Part shown: piece after piece, positions 19,124 through 28,372 of the stretch
How positions within the stretch are numbered: position 1 is the first letter of the stretch
How the letters are laid out: every line of letters starts with the position of its first letter
NCBI GenBank assembly: GCA_031431875.1
Contig: JANPEF010000024.1
Coordinates: 1-64,000 of the forward strand
From: Candidatus Eiseniibacteriota bacterium
Lineage (GTDB): Bacteria > Eisenbacteria > RBG-16-71-46 > DASYSL01
DNA: 64,000 bases
Direction of reading: 5' to 3'
The notes under the pieces: generated by a model
Told to the model about the DNA's origin: nothing
Databases searched by the model: none
What the model saw: the letters and a program-made list of their open reading frames with translations, nothing else
Position numbers and translations under genes: made by a program

Positions 19124-19609
19124 ATGTTCGCACGCCTTCTGCGCTCCGCCCGTCGTGTCGCCCTTGCGGCGCTCCTTGCGCTGGCTCTCGCGTCACCGGC
19201 GTCCGCCTGCAGTTGCCTTCCTCCGCCTTCGGTCGAAGCTTCGCGGGCGGCCAGCCACGCGGTCTTCACCGGCATTCCGATCTCCGTCGTGAGCGCGGCG
19301 CCCGAACATCCCGACGACGTGTGGGTCGCGTTCCAGGTGACGGCGATCTGGAAGGGCCCCGTCACCGCGCAGTACGCCGTGCTGACCGGCGCAACCGGGG
19401 GCCTGTGCGGCGTGGACTTCGAGCTCGGCACGGAGTGGCTGGTCTACGCGTTTCCGGTGGACGCGGACCCCGACCCCGAGGTGTTCACGCACATCTGCTC
19501 GCGGACGGCCCGGGCCGCGGGCAATCCCGACATCGAGGCGCTCGGCCCGCCCCTGTCGACGCCCGCGCTCGCCCGCAGCTGGGGCCTGGTCAAGGCCATC
19601 TACCGCTGA
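19124..19609 (+). CDS. Secreted TIMP/NTR-like protein with C-terminal SWGLVKAIYR tail
   Basis: AAGGAG RBS; signal peptide ASA then CSC; AVFTG, CGVDF, EWLVYA, CSRT motifs of bacterial NTR-like proteins. Confidence 0.75.
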   Translation: MFARLLRSARRVALAALLALALASPASACSCLPPPSVEASRAASHAVFTGIPISVVSAAPEHPDDVWVAFQVTAIWKGPVTAQYAVLTGATGGLCGVDFELGTEWLVYAFPVDADPDPEVFTHICSRTARAAGNPDIEALGPPLSTPALARSWGLVKAIYR

Positions 19610-19648
19610 TCCGTCACGATCTTGCGGGGTGCGATCATCTCCATCCGC

Positions 19649-19692
19649 TGGACACCGCCTTCCCCGGTATGCATACTAAGTATCTAACCGGG
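19649..19692 (+). promoter_or_regulatory. Promoter with imperfect inverted repeat (probable PadR operator)
   Basis: TGGACA-N17-CATACT; CCCGGT..ATACT-A-AGTAT..ACCGGG overlapping the -10. Confidence 0.55.
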
Positions 19693-19700
19693 AGAGTGTC

Positions 19701-20228
19701 ATGTCCGTCCGCCACAGCCTGCTCGCGCTCCTCGCCGAGGAGCCCACCCACGGGTACGGCCTCAAGTCGAGCTTCGAGAAGAGCACCGCCGGCGCCTGGC
19801 CGCTGAACGTGGGCCAGGTCTACACGACGCTCGCGCGCCTCGAGCGCGACGGCCTGGTCGAGAGCGACGCCGGGGGCGACGAGGAGCGGAGCACCTGGCG
19901 CCTGACGCGTGCGGGCCGCGGCGAGCTCGCCGCGTGGTACGCCGCCCCGGTCGACGACCACGCGGCGCGCGACGAGCTGGCGATCAAGGTGCTGGTGGCG
20001 CTTGCCGCCGGCTCGGTCGACGTCACGCGCATCCTCCAGGCCCAGCGCAAGGCCACGCTCGAGCGGCTGCAGGAGTGGACGAAGTCCAAGCGCCACGCCG
20101 ATCCCGAGGCGGATCTGGCGTGGCTCCTGCTGCTCGACGCGCTGATCCTCAAGGCCGAGGCCGAGGTGAAGTGGCTCGACCTGTGCGAAGAACGCCTGCG
20201 CCGTCGGCGCGGCCGGGCGCGGTCATGA
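19701..20228 (+). CDS. PadR-family transcriptional regulator (long, with C-terminal helical domain)
   Basis: LLALLAEEPTHGYGLK, GQVYTTLARLERDGLV, RDELAIK. Confidence 0.92.
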   Translation: MSVRHSLLALLAEEPTHGYGLKSSFEKSTAGAWPLNVGQVYTTLARLERDGLVESDAGGDEERSTWRLTRAGRGELAAWYAAPVDDHAARDELAIKVLVALAAGSVDVTRILQAQRKATLERLQEWTKSKRHADPEADLAWLLLLDALILKAEAEVKWLDLCEERLRRRRGRARS

Positions 20229-20935
20229 GTGCGGTCGCCGTGCGAACGCGCGACGCTCTGCGCTTCGCTGCCGTGACGAAGGTCCACGGCACGGGCGCCA
20301 CCGCAGTCCGTGCGCTCGGCCCCGTGAGCTTCGCCGTCGAGGCGGGGGAGTTCGTCGCCATCATGGGTCCGTCGGGTTCGGGCAAGTCGACGCTCCTGTC
20401 ACTGGCCGGCGCGCTCGACGTCCCGACCGGTGGAAGCGTGTCGATCGACGGGCGCGATCTCGCGGGCCTCGATGCCGGGGCGCTCTCGGCGCTGCGGCGG
20501 CGCACGATCGGCTACGTGTTCCAGGACCTGAACCTGCTGCCGGGGCTCACCGCCTGCGAGAACGTGGCGCTGCCGCTCGAACTCGACGGCGTGCCGCTGG
20601 CCAGGGCGCGCGCCGCGGCCGAGGCGGCGCTCGCGGCCGTCGAGCTGGCGGCACTCGCCGGGCGCTTTCCCGACGACCTCTCCGGCGGCGAGCGCCAGCG
20701 CGTGGCGATCGCGCGCGCGTTCGTCGGCCCGCGCAGCCTGACGCTGGCCGACGAGCCGACGGGCGCGCTCGACTCGGTCACCGGCGAGCGCGTGCTCCAG
20801 CTCCTGCGCGCCCAGTGCGAGCGCGGCCTCACCGCCGTGCTGGTCACCCACGACGCGTCGCATGCGGCATGGGCCGACCGCATCCTGTTCCTCCGCGACG
20901 GCGCGATCGTCGACGAGACGCGGCCGCGCGCGTGA
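20225..20935 (+). CDS. ABC transporter ATP-binding protein (LolD/MacB-type)
   Basis: GPSGSGKS, LSGGERQRVAIARA, LADEPTG, VTHD. Confidence 0.95.
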   Translation: MSAVAVRTRDALRFAAVTKVHGTGATAVRALGPVSFAVEAGEFVAIMGPSGSGKSTLLSLAGALDVPTGGSVSIDGRDLAGLDAGALSALRRRTIGYVFQDLNLLPGLTACENVALPLELDGVPLARARAAAEAALAAVELAALAGRFPDDLSGGERQRVAIARAFVGPRSLTLADEPTGALDSVTGERVLQLLRAQCERGLTAVLVTHDASHAAWADRILFLRDGAIVDETRPRA

Positions 20936-23900
20936 AGGCCGTCGCATTGCGCGCGCTCCTGCGCGTCGAGTTGCGGCAGCTCGCGCGTCACCCCGGCCGC
21001 GCCTGGCTCCTGGTCGCGCTCGTCGCGGTCCCGGTCGCCGCCGTCTCCGGCGGCGGGACGATCCTGCGCGGCATGGCCCCGACGGCCGAGGAGCGTCGGG
21101 CCGAGGCGATGGGGCGCGCCGACCTCGTCGTCGACGCGCCGCGCGGCTACGCCGACGTCGAGCGCGCGCTCGCGCTCCTGCCGCCCGGGTTCCGCACGGA
21201 ACGCGTGATCACCGGCATGGAGGAGGTGCGCGTGCCGGGTCGCGTGCTGCGAGCGAGCCTGGTCGCCGTCGACTCGGCGGGGCTGGGCGTGGACGGCCTG
21301 GCGCGGGGCTTCGTGGCGGTGACCGCCGGCCGTGCACCCGCCAATGCGGGCGAGGTCGCGCTGTCGCCCGTGCTGCTGGCGGGCCTGGGCCGCAGGGTCG
21401 GCGATACGGTGACGCTCGCATACGGAACGGCGCGCACCATCACCGGCGTGGTCGTCACGCCCGAGGCGCTCGACGCGCCGCTCGTCGTGCGCACCCCGGC
21501 GATCGTCGAGGCGCGCGGCGGCGAACGGCTGTTGGTGACTCCGGCGCCGGACTCGGGGACGGTCGCCGCGCTGCGCGCCACCGGACTGGCCGTGAGCTTG
21601 CGCGCCGAGGTGCAGGCCCCCGACGACGCGATCGCCGTCGCGGTGTTCCTGCTGGGCAGCATCGGCTTCCTCGAGGCGGCACTGGTGATCGCCGCGGCGT
21701 TCGCCGTGACGCTGCGTCGTCGGCAGCGCGACATCGGGCTCCTCGGCTCGGTCGGCGCCACGCGCGGGGGAATTGCGCTTGCGCTGATCCTCGCAGCCGC
21801 CGGGATCGGCGGGGCGGGCGCCGGGCTCGGGCTCGTCCTCGGTAACGGGATTGCGCTCGCGCTCCAGCCCTTCCTCGACGGCTGGACGGCACGCGCCAAC
21901 GGACCGTTCGACCTCTCGCTCGTCCATGCCGCCGGCGGCGCGATCCTCGGCGTGCTGACGGCCGCGGGCGCCGCCGCGTTGCCGGCGCTGCGCGCGGCCT
22001 CGTTGCCGGTGCGCGTCGCGCTGGGCGCCCGCCGTCCGGAGTCGACGCCCGCGCGGCACTGGCTCTTCGCGGGGCTCGCGCTCACGGCCGTTGCCGTCGC
22101 GCTCATGTTCCTGCCGCGCTCGGCGCCGCTTGCCGCGACCGGCGTGCCCGCCATCGGCGGGGCCGTGCTGGCCATCCTCGGCTTCGGGGCGATCAGTCCG
22201 TGGTTGCTCGACGCGTTGGCGCGCCGCGCCTCGGGTCTGCCGCTGCCGTGGCGCCTCGCGGTGCGCGACGCAGGTCGCGCCCGCACGCGCAACGGCCCGG
22301 TGGTCACGGCGATCCTCGCGGGAATGGCGATGTCGGTGACGCTGGCCGCGATCATCTCGAGCGTCGAATCGGCCCTGTCGGCGTACCCGGCGCAGTATCG
22401 TGCGGACCAGGTCCTCCTCGAGGGCGCCGGCGCCGAGATCGTCGCCCGCGCGCTCGTCGCCGACCCCGCCGTGCCGCGCGCGATCGCGGCGGCGCCCCTG
22501 CGCGTGGCGTACGCCAACGGGATGCCGATCGTGGCCCGCCTCGCGGGTGTGGGAAAGAGCGTGGGGCAGCGCGAGCCGTGGATCGCCGTCGGCGACACGA
22601 CGTTCCTGCGCGCGGTGGGGGCCGAGTCGGGGGTCGACGCGCTGGCGGCCGGACGCGTGCTCGCGCTCGATGCGCCGCCGCCGGTCGCAGGCGTCGGTGC
22701 CGTGCTGCTCCTGACCGTCGGGCGCGATGGCACGTCGCTCGACCCGCCGGCCCTCGAGCGGGTCCCCACGGGCCGCCGCGTGGTCGGGCCGGCCTTCGTG
22801 CTCTCCCCGGCTGCAGCGGAGCGCGCCGGATTCGAGACGGCCCCGCCGCCGCGTCGCGGGCTTGCCCCATGGCTCGTGCGCTACGCCGCGCCGGTGGACG
22901 CTGCCGTGCTGACGCGCGCGCGCCTCGCCGCGGAGCGCGTGCCCGGGACGACCGTCGATGCCGCACTTGTGCAACGCGCGCCGTCGCGCGGGATCTATCG
23001 CGCCGTGCTGCTGCTGTGCCTGCTGACCGGCCTGGTCGTCGTGCTCGTCGCCTCGGCGCTGTCGGCCGCCGAGTCCGACGGCGACGTGCGTGCGCTCCAC
23101 ACGGTGGGCGCCGCGCCCGGGGTGTTGCGCGCCTATCGTGCCGCGCGTGCGGGCTACCTCGCGCTCGTCGGCTGCGTGCTCGCCGTGCCGGCGGGGCTCG
23201 TGCCGGCGCTGCGCATCCTGTCGAACGCGAACGTGGACCTCGCGTTCGTCATGCCCTGGCGAGACGTGCTGCTCGCCGTGCTGGCCCTGCCGACGATCGC
23301 ATACGCGGTGGCGTGGACGTTCGGGCGCGGCGGGCGCGTCCGGCAGCGTGCGGGTGCGGTGTTGCTGCTGGTGCTGGCGTGCGCACCCGCCGCGCGGGCA
23401 GCCGGGGCCCCGACGCCGCGTTGGGAGACGTACGTGGGTCGTGCCGTCGACGGCCGGCCGCTCGCCGGGGAGCTGGGTCGCATCCGCGTTCCCGAGAGCC
23501 ACGCTCGCGCCGACGGGCGCACGATCGAGGTCGCGTTCGTGCGCTACCGCACGACCCATCCGCATCCGGGTCCGCCGATCGTGTTCCTCGAGGGCGGGCC
23601 CGGCGTGTCGGGCGTCGCGGGTGCGGCGCACCCGGCGACCCATCCGTTCGTGCGCCTGCTCGAGCATGCCGACGTGATCGGGATCGACCAGCGCGGCACG
23701 GGGCTCAGTCGCCCGGATCTCGCGACGCCCGACTTCGCCTGGACGCTGCCGCGGAATCGCGCGCCCCGCCGCGACGACGAACTCGCCGCGTTTCGCGGCG
23801 CAGCGACGCGCGCCGTGGCGCACTGGCGGGCCCGCGGCGCCGACCCGGCGGCTTACGACACGAACGAGAGCGCCGACGACGTCGACCTCGTGCGCGCCGC

Positions 23901-24807
23901 GATCGGCGCGGACACCATCGTTCTCTACGGATCGAGCTATGGCTCGCACCTGGCGCTCGCCTACCTGCGCCGACACCCGGAGCGCGTGGCCCGCGCCGCG
24001 CTGGCGAAGATCGAGGGACCGGATCACACGTGGAAGCTGCCCGCGACCACGCAGCGCCTGCTCGCTGCCGCACATGAGCGCGCCGCCGCCGACCCGCGGG
24101 TGCACGCCATGCTTCCCGATCTCCTCGGCAGCGTGCGGGCATTGCTGGCGCGGCTCGAGCGCGCGCCGGTCACCGCGCTCGCGTACCCGGGCCCGCCGGA
24201 CGAGGCGTGCGTCACCGTGGGCGCCCACGACCTGCGCGTCGCGCTGGCACAGGCGCTGGCCACGACGCGTGGCACCGCGGGAATCCCGCGCCTGCTCGTG
24301 GCCCTCGAGCATGGCGATTTCGCTCCGCTCGCGGCGCTCGCGCTCGAGCGAAGGCGCGGCAGCATCGGCTCGGCGATGGCGCTGTTCATGGATTGCGCGT
24401 CGGGCGCGAGCCCGGAACGGCGCGCCCGCATCGCCCGCGAGTCCGCCGACCCGGCGAACCTGCGGGGCGATGGGCTGGCCGCGCCGTTCTATCCCGAGGC
24501 CTGTGCCGCGTGCGGCGGGCGAGGGCTCGACCTGGGCGAGGCGTTTCGCGCACCGGTTGCCGCCGCGGCGCCCGTGCTCCTGGTCAGCGGCGCACTCGAC
24601 GCGCGAACGCCGCCATCGAATGCGGAGGAGGTTCGCGTCGGCCTTCCGCACGCCACGCACGTCGTGGTGACGGCGACCGGGCACGACGGGCGCGAGCTGC
24701 TGGCGCCCGAGTTCCGCGACCTGCTGCAGGCGTTCCTGCGCGGCGAGCCGGTGGCCGACGCCACGATCGACCTGCCGTTCCGGTTCGACGCGATCCGCCG
24801 CGAGTGA
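20932..24807 (+). CDS. FtsX/MacB-type ABC permease fused to a TAP-like alpha/beta hydrolase
   Basis: Two FtsX-type halves ([21 protein letters not shown]) then LEGGPG, DQRGTG, GSSYG, D(ARTP), GH in one uninterrupted frame. Confidence 0.85.
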   Translation: MKAVALRALLRVELRQLARHPGRAWLLVALVAVPVAAVSGGGTILRGMAPTAEERRAEAMGRADLVVDAPRGYADVERALALLPPGFRTERVITGMEEVRVPGRVLRASLVAVDSAGLGVDGLARGFVAVTAGRAPANAGEVALSPVLLAGLGRRVGDTVTLAYGTARTITGVVVTPEALDAPLVVRTPAIVEARGGERLLVTPAPDSGTVAALRATGLAVSLRAEVQAPDDAIAVAVFLLGSIGFLEAALVIAAAFAVTLRRRQRDIGLLGSVGATRGGIALALILAAAGIGGAGAGLGLVLGNGIALALQPFLDGWTARANGPFDLSLVHAAGGAILGVLTAAGAAALPALRAASLPVRVALGARRPESTPARHWLFAGLALTAVAVALMFLPRSAPLAATGVPAIGGAVLAILGFGAISPWLLDALARRASGLPLPWRLAVRDAGRARTRNGPVVTAILAGMAMSVTLAAIISSVESALSAYPAQYRADQVLLEGAGAEIVARALVADPAVPRAIAAAPLRVAYANGMPIVARLAGVGKSVGQREPWIAVGDTTFLRAVGAESGVDALAAGRVLALDAPPPVAGVGAVLLLTVGRDGTSLDPPALERVPTGRRVVGPAFVLSPAAAERAGFETAPPPRRGLAPWLVRYAAPVDAAVLTRARLAAERVPGTTVDAALVQRAPSRGIYRAVLLLCLLTGLVVVLVASALSAAESDGDVRALHTVGAAPGVLRAYRAARAGYLALVGCVLAVPAGLVPALRILSNANVDLAFVMPWRDVLLAVLALPTIAYAVAWTFGRGGRVRQRAGAVLLLVLACAPAARAAGAPTPRWETYVGRAVDGRPLAGELGRIRVPESHARADGRTIEVAFVRYRTTHPHPGPPIVFLEGGPGVSGVAGAAHPATHPFVRLLEHADVIGIDQRGTGLSRPDLATPDFAWTLPRNRAPRRDDELAAFRGAATRAVAHWRARGADPAAYDTNESADDVDLVRAAIGADTIVLYGSSYGSHLALAYLRRHPERVARAALAKIEGPDHTWKLPATTQRLLAAAHERAAADPRVHAMLPDLLGSVRALLARLERAPVTALAYPGPPDEACVTVGAHDLRVALAQALATTRGTAGIPRLLVALEHGDFAPLAALALERRRGSIGSAMALFMDCASGASPERRARIARESADPANLRGDGLAAPFYPEACAACGGRGLDLGEAFRAPVAAAAPVLLVSGALDARTPPSNAEEVRVGLPHATHVVVTATGHDGRELLAPEFRDLLQAFLRGEPVADATIDLPFRFDAIRRE

Positions 24808-24838
24808 CGGCTCCGCCGCCGGGTGCTAGGCTCCGCCC

Positions 24839-25507
24839 GTGGCCCAGCCCTCCGAAGGTGTCATCAAGTTCCAGCGCACGCACGACCCGCGACCGCTCGA
24901 GGAGCGGACGTACGGCGACGTCGCACGCCAGCTCGCTGGCTGGCGCGCCGTGTTGCGCCGCCTGGGCGGCATTGGCCAGGACCCGGCGCGTTACGACGGC
25001 GCGGGCTACGGCAACCTGAGCCTGCGCGTTCCGCCGTACGGCGCCGAGGGCATGGGGCGCCGGCGCTTTCTCGTCACGGGGACGCAGACCGGTGGCAAGC
25101 GCGCGATCGCCCTCGTCGACTGCTGTCTCGTCGAGAGCTACGACCTGTCGCGCAACCATGTGACCAGTCGCGGTGTGGCCGAGCCGTCGTCCGAGTCGCT
25201 GACGCACGGCGCGATCTACGATGCCGCGCCGTCGACGCGCGCGGTCTTCCACGTACATGCGCCCGAACTGTGGCGAGGCGCGCGCGCGCTGGGACTGCCG
25301 ACCGCGCGGCCCGAGGTGCCGTATGGCACGCCCGAGATGGCCCACGAGGTCGAGCGCCTGTTCCGCAGCGCCGCGCTCGGCGAGCACGGCATCCTCGCCA
25401 TGCTCGGCCACGAGGACGGCGTGATCGCATTCGGCGCCAGCGCCGAGGCCGCCGGCGCGATCCTCACGCGCCACTACGCGCGCGCGCTGGCGACGCCCCC
25501 GCAGTGA
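24839..25507 (+). CDS. Class II aldolase/adducin-family protein (MtnB-like candidate)
   Basis: EGVIKF, GYGNLS, PSSESLTH, HVH, GHEDG; overlaps mtnA. Confidence 0.85.
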   Translation: MAQPSEGVIKFQRTHDPRPLEERTYGDVARQLAGWRAVLRRLGGIGQDPARYDGAGYGNLSLRVPPYGAEGMGRRRFLVTGTQTGGKRAIALVDCCLVESYDLSRNHVTSRGVAEPSSESLTHGAIYDAAPSTRAVFHVHAPELWRGARALGLPTARPEVPYGTPEMAHEVERLFRSAALGEHGILAMLGHEDGVIAFGASAEAAGAILTRHYARALATPPQ

Positions 25508-26544
25508 GGGTGCGCGGCCGCGACCTCCGCGCGGTGTGGCCCGAGGCCGACGGCGTCGCCTACATCGACCAGCGCCGGCTGCCGCATGCGCTGGAGTTCG
25601 GCCGGGCCCGCACGATCGAGGAGGCCGCGCACTCGATCGCCGACATGGGCGTGCGCGGCGCGCCCGCCATCGGAGTGTTCGCCGCGTACGCACTGGCACA
25701 TGCCGCGGGCCGCGATGCGACGCCGGCCGCGCTCGAGGCCGCACATGCGGCGCTCCTCGCCACGCGCCCGACCGCGATCAACCTGCGCCACGGCCTCGAC
25801 GCCGTGCGCGCCGCAGCGCCCGACCCCGTCGCGATGCTCGCCGCCGCTCACGCCTACGACGAGGCCGAGGTGGCCGCCGCCGAGGCGATCGGAGCGCACG
25901 GCCTCGTGCTCCTGAAGCCCGGCGCGCGCGTGCTCACCCACTGCAACGCGGGGTGGCTTGCCGTTCAGGACTGGGGCTCCGCACTGGCGCCGGTGTACAA
26001 GGCGGCGCGCGCGGGGCTCGATCCGTTCGTGTGGGTGAGCGAAACGCGGCCGCGCCTGCAGGGCGCGCGCCTCACGGCCTGGGAGCTGGCGGAGGAAGGC
26101 GTGCGCCATGCCATCGTCGCCGATGGGGCGTGCGCGGACCTGATGCGTCGCGGTGAGGTCGACGTGATTCTCACGGGCGCCGATCGCATCGCCGCCAACG
26201 GCGACGTGGCGAACAAGATCGGAACCTACGACAAGGCGTGCGCCGCACGTGTCCACGGCGTGCCACTGTACGTCGCGGCACCGCGGACGACGATCGACCG
26301 TTCGACGCCGAACGGAGAGGCGATCGCGATCGAGCAGCGCGATCCCGACGAGGTCCTGTGGATCGAGGGGACGACCGCGGCGGGGGAGACCGTCCGCGTG
26401 CGCGTGGCACCCGAGGGGGCGGCCGCCCGCAATCCGGCGTTCGATGTCACGCCGGCGGAGTTCATCGCGGGGATCATCACCGAGACCGGGATCGTGCCGG
26501 CCTCATCCGCGGGAATCGCGGAAGCGTTCCGGCAAAACTCTTGA
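25504..26544 (+). CDS. mtnA: S-methyl-5-thioribose-1-phosphate isomerase
   Basis: DQRRLP, VRGAPAIG, TRPTAINL, THCNAG, ETRPRLQGARLT, GADRIAANGDVANKIGTY, NPAFDVTP. Confidence 0.93.
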   Translation: MRVRGRDLRAVWPEADGVAYIDQRRLPHALEFGRARTIEEAAHSIADMGVRGAPAIGVFAAYALAHAAGRDATPAALEAAHAALLATRPTAINLRHGLDAVRAAAPDPVAMLAAAHAYDEAEVAAAEAIGAHGLVLLKPGARVLTHCNAGWLAVQDWGSALAPVYKAARAGLDPFVWVSETRPRLQGARLTAWELAEEGVRHAIVADGACADLMRRGEVDVILTGADRIAANGDVANKIGTYDKACAARVHGVPLYVAAPRTTIDRSTPNGEAIAIEQRDPDEVLWIEGTTAAGETVRVRVAPEGAAARNPAFDVTPAEFIAGIITETGIVPASSAGIAEAFRQNS

Positions 26545-26666
26545 CGCCCGCACCCACGGCGACGATGCGAGGGCTTTGCCCGCCGCCCTCCGTGGGCTAG
26601 CATCGGGCCACCCAATCCGACGAGTCGGAACACGGTGTTCGGTTCCCCACACGAGGAGGATTCGAG

Positions 26667-27350
26667 ATGTCCACGCAGACGGGTTACGTGCCCCTGGTGA
26701 TTGGCAGCATCGCGCCCGATTTCACGGCGGAGACGACCGAGGGTCCCATCCACTTCCACGACTGGATCGGCGACGGCTGGGCCATCCTCTTCTCGCATCC
26801 GAAGGACTTCACGCCGGTGTGCACCACCGAGCTCGGCTACATGGCGCGGCTCAAGCCCGAGTTCGACAAGCGCAACGTGAAGGTCGTCGGGCTGAGCGTC
26901 GACCCCGTCGCCAACCATGCGAAGTGGGCCGACGACATCAAGGAGACGCAGGGCTTCGCGGTCAACTTCCCGATGATCGGCGACACCGATCTCGCGGTGG
27001 CGAAGCTCTATGGCATGCTGCCGGCCGACCTCGAAGGCTCGTGCGACGGCCGGACCGCCGCAGACAACCTGACCGTGCGCACGGTCTACGTGGTCGGACC
27101 CGACAAGAAGGTCAAGCTCATGATCTCCTACCCGATGACGACCGGTCGCAACTTCGACGAGGTGCTGCGGGTGATCGACTCGCTGCAGCTGACGGCCAAG
27201 CATCGCGTCGCCACGCCGGTGAACTGGAAGCAGGGCGAGGACGTCATCATCGCCGGTTCGGTGTCCGACGACGAGGCGAAGACGATCTACCCCGACGGCT
27301 GGAAGGCCCCACGTCCCTACCTGCGCATCGTGCCGCAGCCGAAGTCGTAG
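26667..27350 (+). CDS. 1-Cys peroxiredoxin (Prx6)
   Basis: FSHPKDFTPVCTTE, YPMTTGRNFDE, ATPVNW; GAGGAGG RBS; TTGCCC-N16-TAGCAT upstream. Confidence 0.95.
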   Translation: MSTQTGYVPLVIGSIAPDFTAETTEGPIHFHDWIGDGWAILFSHPKDFTPVCTTELGYMARLKPEFDKRNVKVVGLSVDPVANHAKWADDIKETQGFAVNFPMIGDTDLAVAKLYGMLPADLEGSCDGRTAADNLTVRTVYVVGPDKKVKLMISYPMTTGRNFDEVLRVIDSLQLTAKHRVATPVNWKQGEDVIIAGSVSDDEAKTIYPDGWKAPRPYLRIVPQPKS

Positions 27351-27473
27351 CGCGGCCTGCCGGGATCGAGGCGACTTCGATTGCCCGACCCACGATCCCT
27401 CGTTGCGGATGTACAGTCGTGGTTGGGGAAGCACCCCTCGCAGACGGGATGCACGACGAAGTGGAGGTACCCA

Positions 27474-27983
27474 GTGGACAGGACCATTCGATGGGCGGCG
27501 CTGGCGGCGATCGTTCTCGCCAGCCCCGCCACCGCACAGGGTTCCGGGAGCGATCTCTCGGCAGGGATCCTGCAGGCGATCCGCCTTCCCGGGGCCGCCC
27601 GGGATGCGCGCGCGCTCGGCGTTCCGGACCAGGACGTGAGGAACACTCTCCGGATGGCGCGCGACCGGAGCGTCCGTGCCGGTGACATCACCGCTTTGCT
27701 GAATGTGGAGAACGACGCCATCCGGCAGCACGGGCCGATCGACAACTTCGGCGCGTTCGTGCAGCAGAAACTCGACTCGGGTCTTCGCGGGAAGGATCTC
27801 GCCGCCGCGATCCATGCCGAGCACGGCGCCCGCGGCAAGGGAATGGGCTCCTCGATGGGTGGGGGCAAGTCGGGCGACATGCACGGGAAGTCCGTGAGCC
27901 CCGGGAAGTCCGGCGACGCCGGCAAGCCGGACACGAGCCCCGGGAAGTCCGGCGAGGCGGGCAAGAAGGGAGGATCCAGATGA
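27474..27983 (+). CDS. Secreted hypothetical protein with G/K/S-rich repeated tail
   Basis: GGAGG RBS, GTG start, signal peptide ATA; NFGAFVQQKLDSGLRGKDLAAAIHAEH core. Confidence 0.75.
   Translation: MDRTIRWAALAAIVLASPATAQGSGSDLSAGILQAIRLPGAARDARALGVPDQDVRNTLRMARDRSVRAGDITALLNVENDAIRQHGPIDNFGAFVQQKLDSGLRGKDLAAAIHAEHGARGKGMGSSMGGGKSGDMHGKSVSPGKSGDAGKPDTSPGKSGEAGKKGGSR
27896..27955 (+). repeat. 21-bp direct repeat x2 (GAGCCCCGGGAAGTCCGGCGA), coding SPGKSG
   Basis: Copies at 27896 and 27935, period 39 bp. Confidence 0.85.
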
Positions 27984-28306
27984 CGTCACGTCGCTTGGAC
28001 ACCTCCCTGCGATCCGCCCTCGCGGCCGGGCTCATCCTCTTCGCGTTCGGCTGCGCGCCGAAGGCTCCCGAGCAGACGGCGGCCGCCCCGGCGCCCGTCG
28101 CGACGACGCAGGCAGACTCGGGGCCGACGGTCGAGCGGGCCCGCGAGGTCGCTGCGATCTCGGTAGAGATTGAAAACGAGCCGGGACGGACGACTGCGAT
28201 TCTCGAGGCGCACGGGATGAGCGATGATCAGTTCGAGGATGCGCTCGTCGACATCGCGGCGGACGCCGAACTGACCGAGGCCTACGAGGCGGCGCGAGCG
28301 AAGTAG
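27980..28306 (+). CDS. Hypothetical lipoprotein
   Basis: ATGA overlap with upstream gene; lipobox FAFGC. Confidence 0.75.
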   Translation: MTSRRLDTSLRSALAAGLILFAFGCAPKAPEQTAAAPAPVATTQADSGPTVERAREVAAISVEIENEPGRTTAILEAHGMSDDQFEDALVDIAADAELTEAYEAARAK

Positions 28307-28330
28307 GCCCGGATCCGCTGCAGCAGGCCA

Positions 28331-28356
28331 CGCCCCCGCGAGTCCTTGCGGGGGCG
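28331..28356. terminator. Hairpin between convergent genes
   Basis: CGCCCCCGCGA-GTCC-TTGCGGGGGCG. Confidence 0.7.
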
Positions 28357-28372
28357 TTCGTATTCGCTTCGG

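Noticed and set aside
20512..24684. 1390-aa minus-strand ORF (likewise 41483-46345, 55694-58312, 32168-34771 and many others)
   Set aside because: Antisense shadows of real genes in very high-GC DNA; Arg/Gly/Ala-rich with no recognisable motifs
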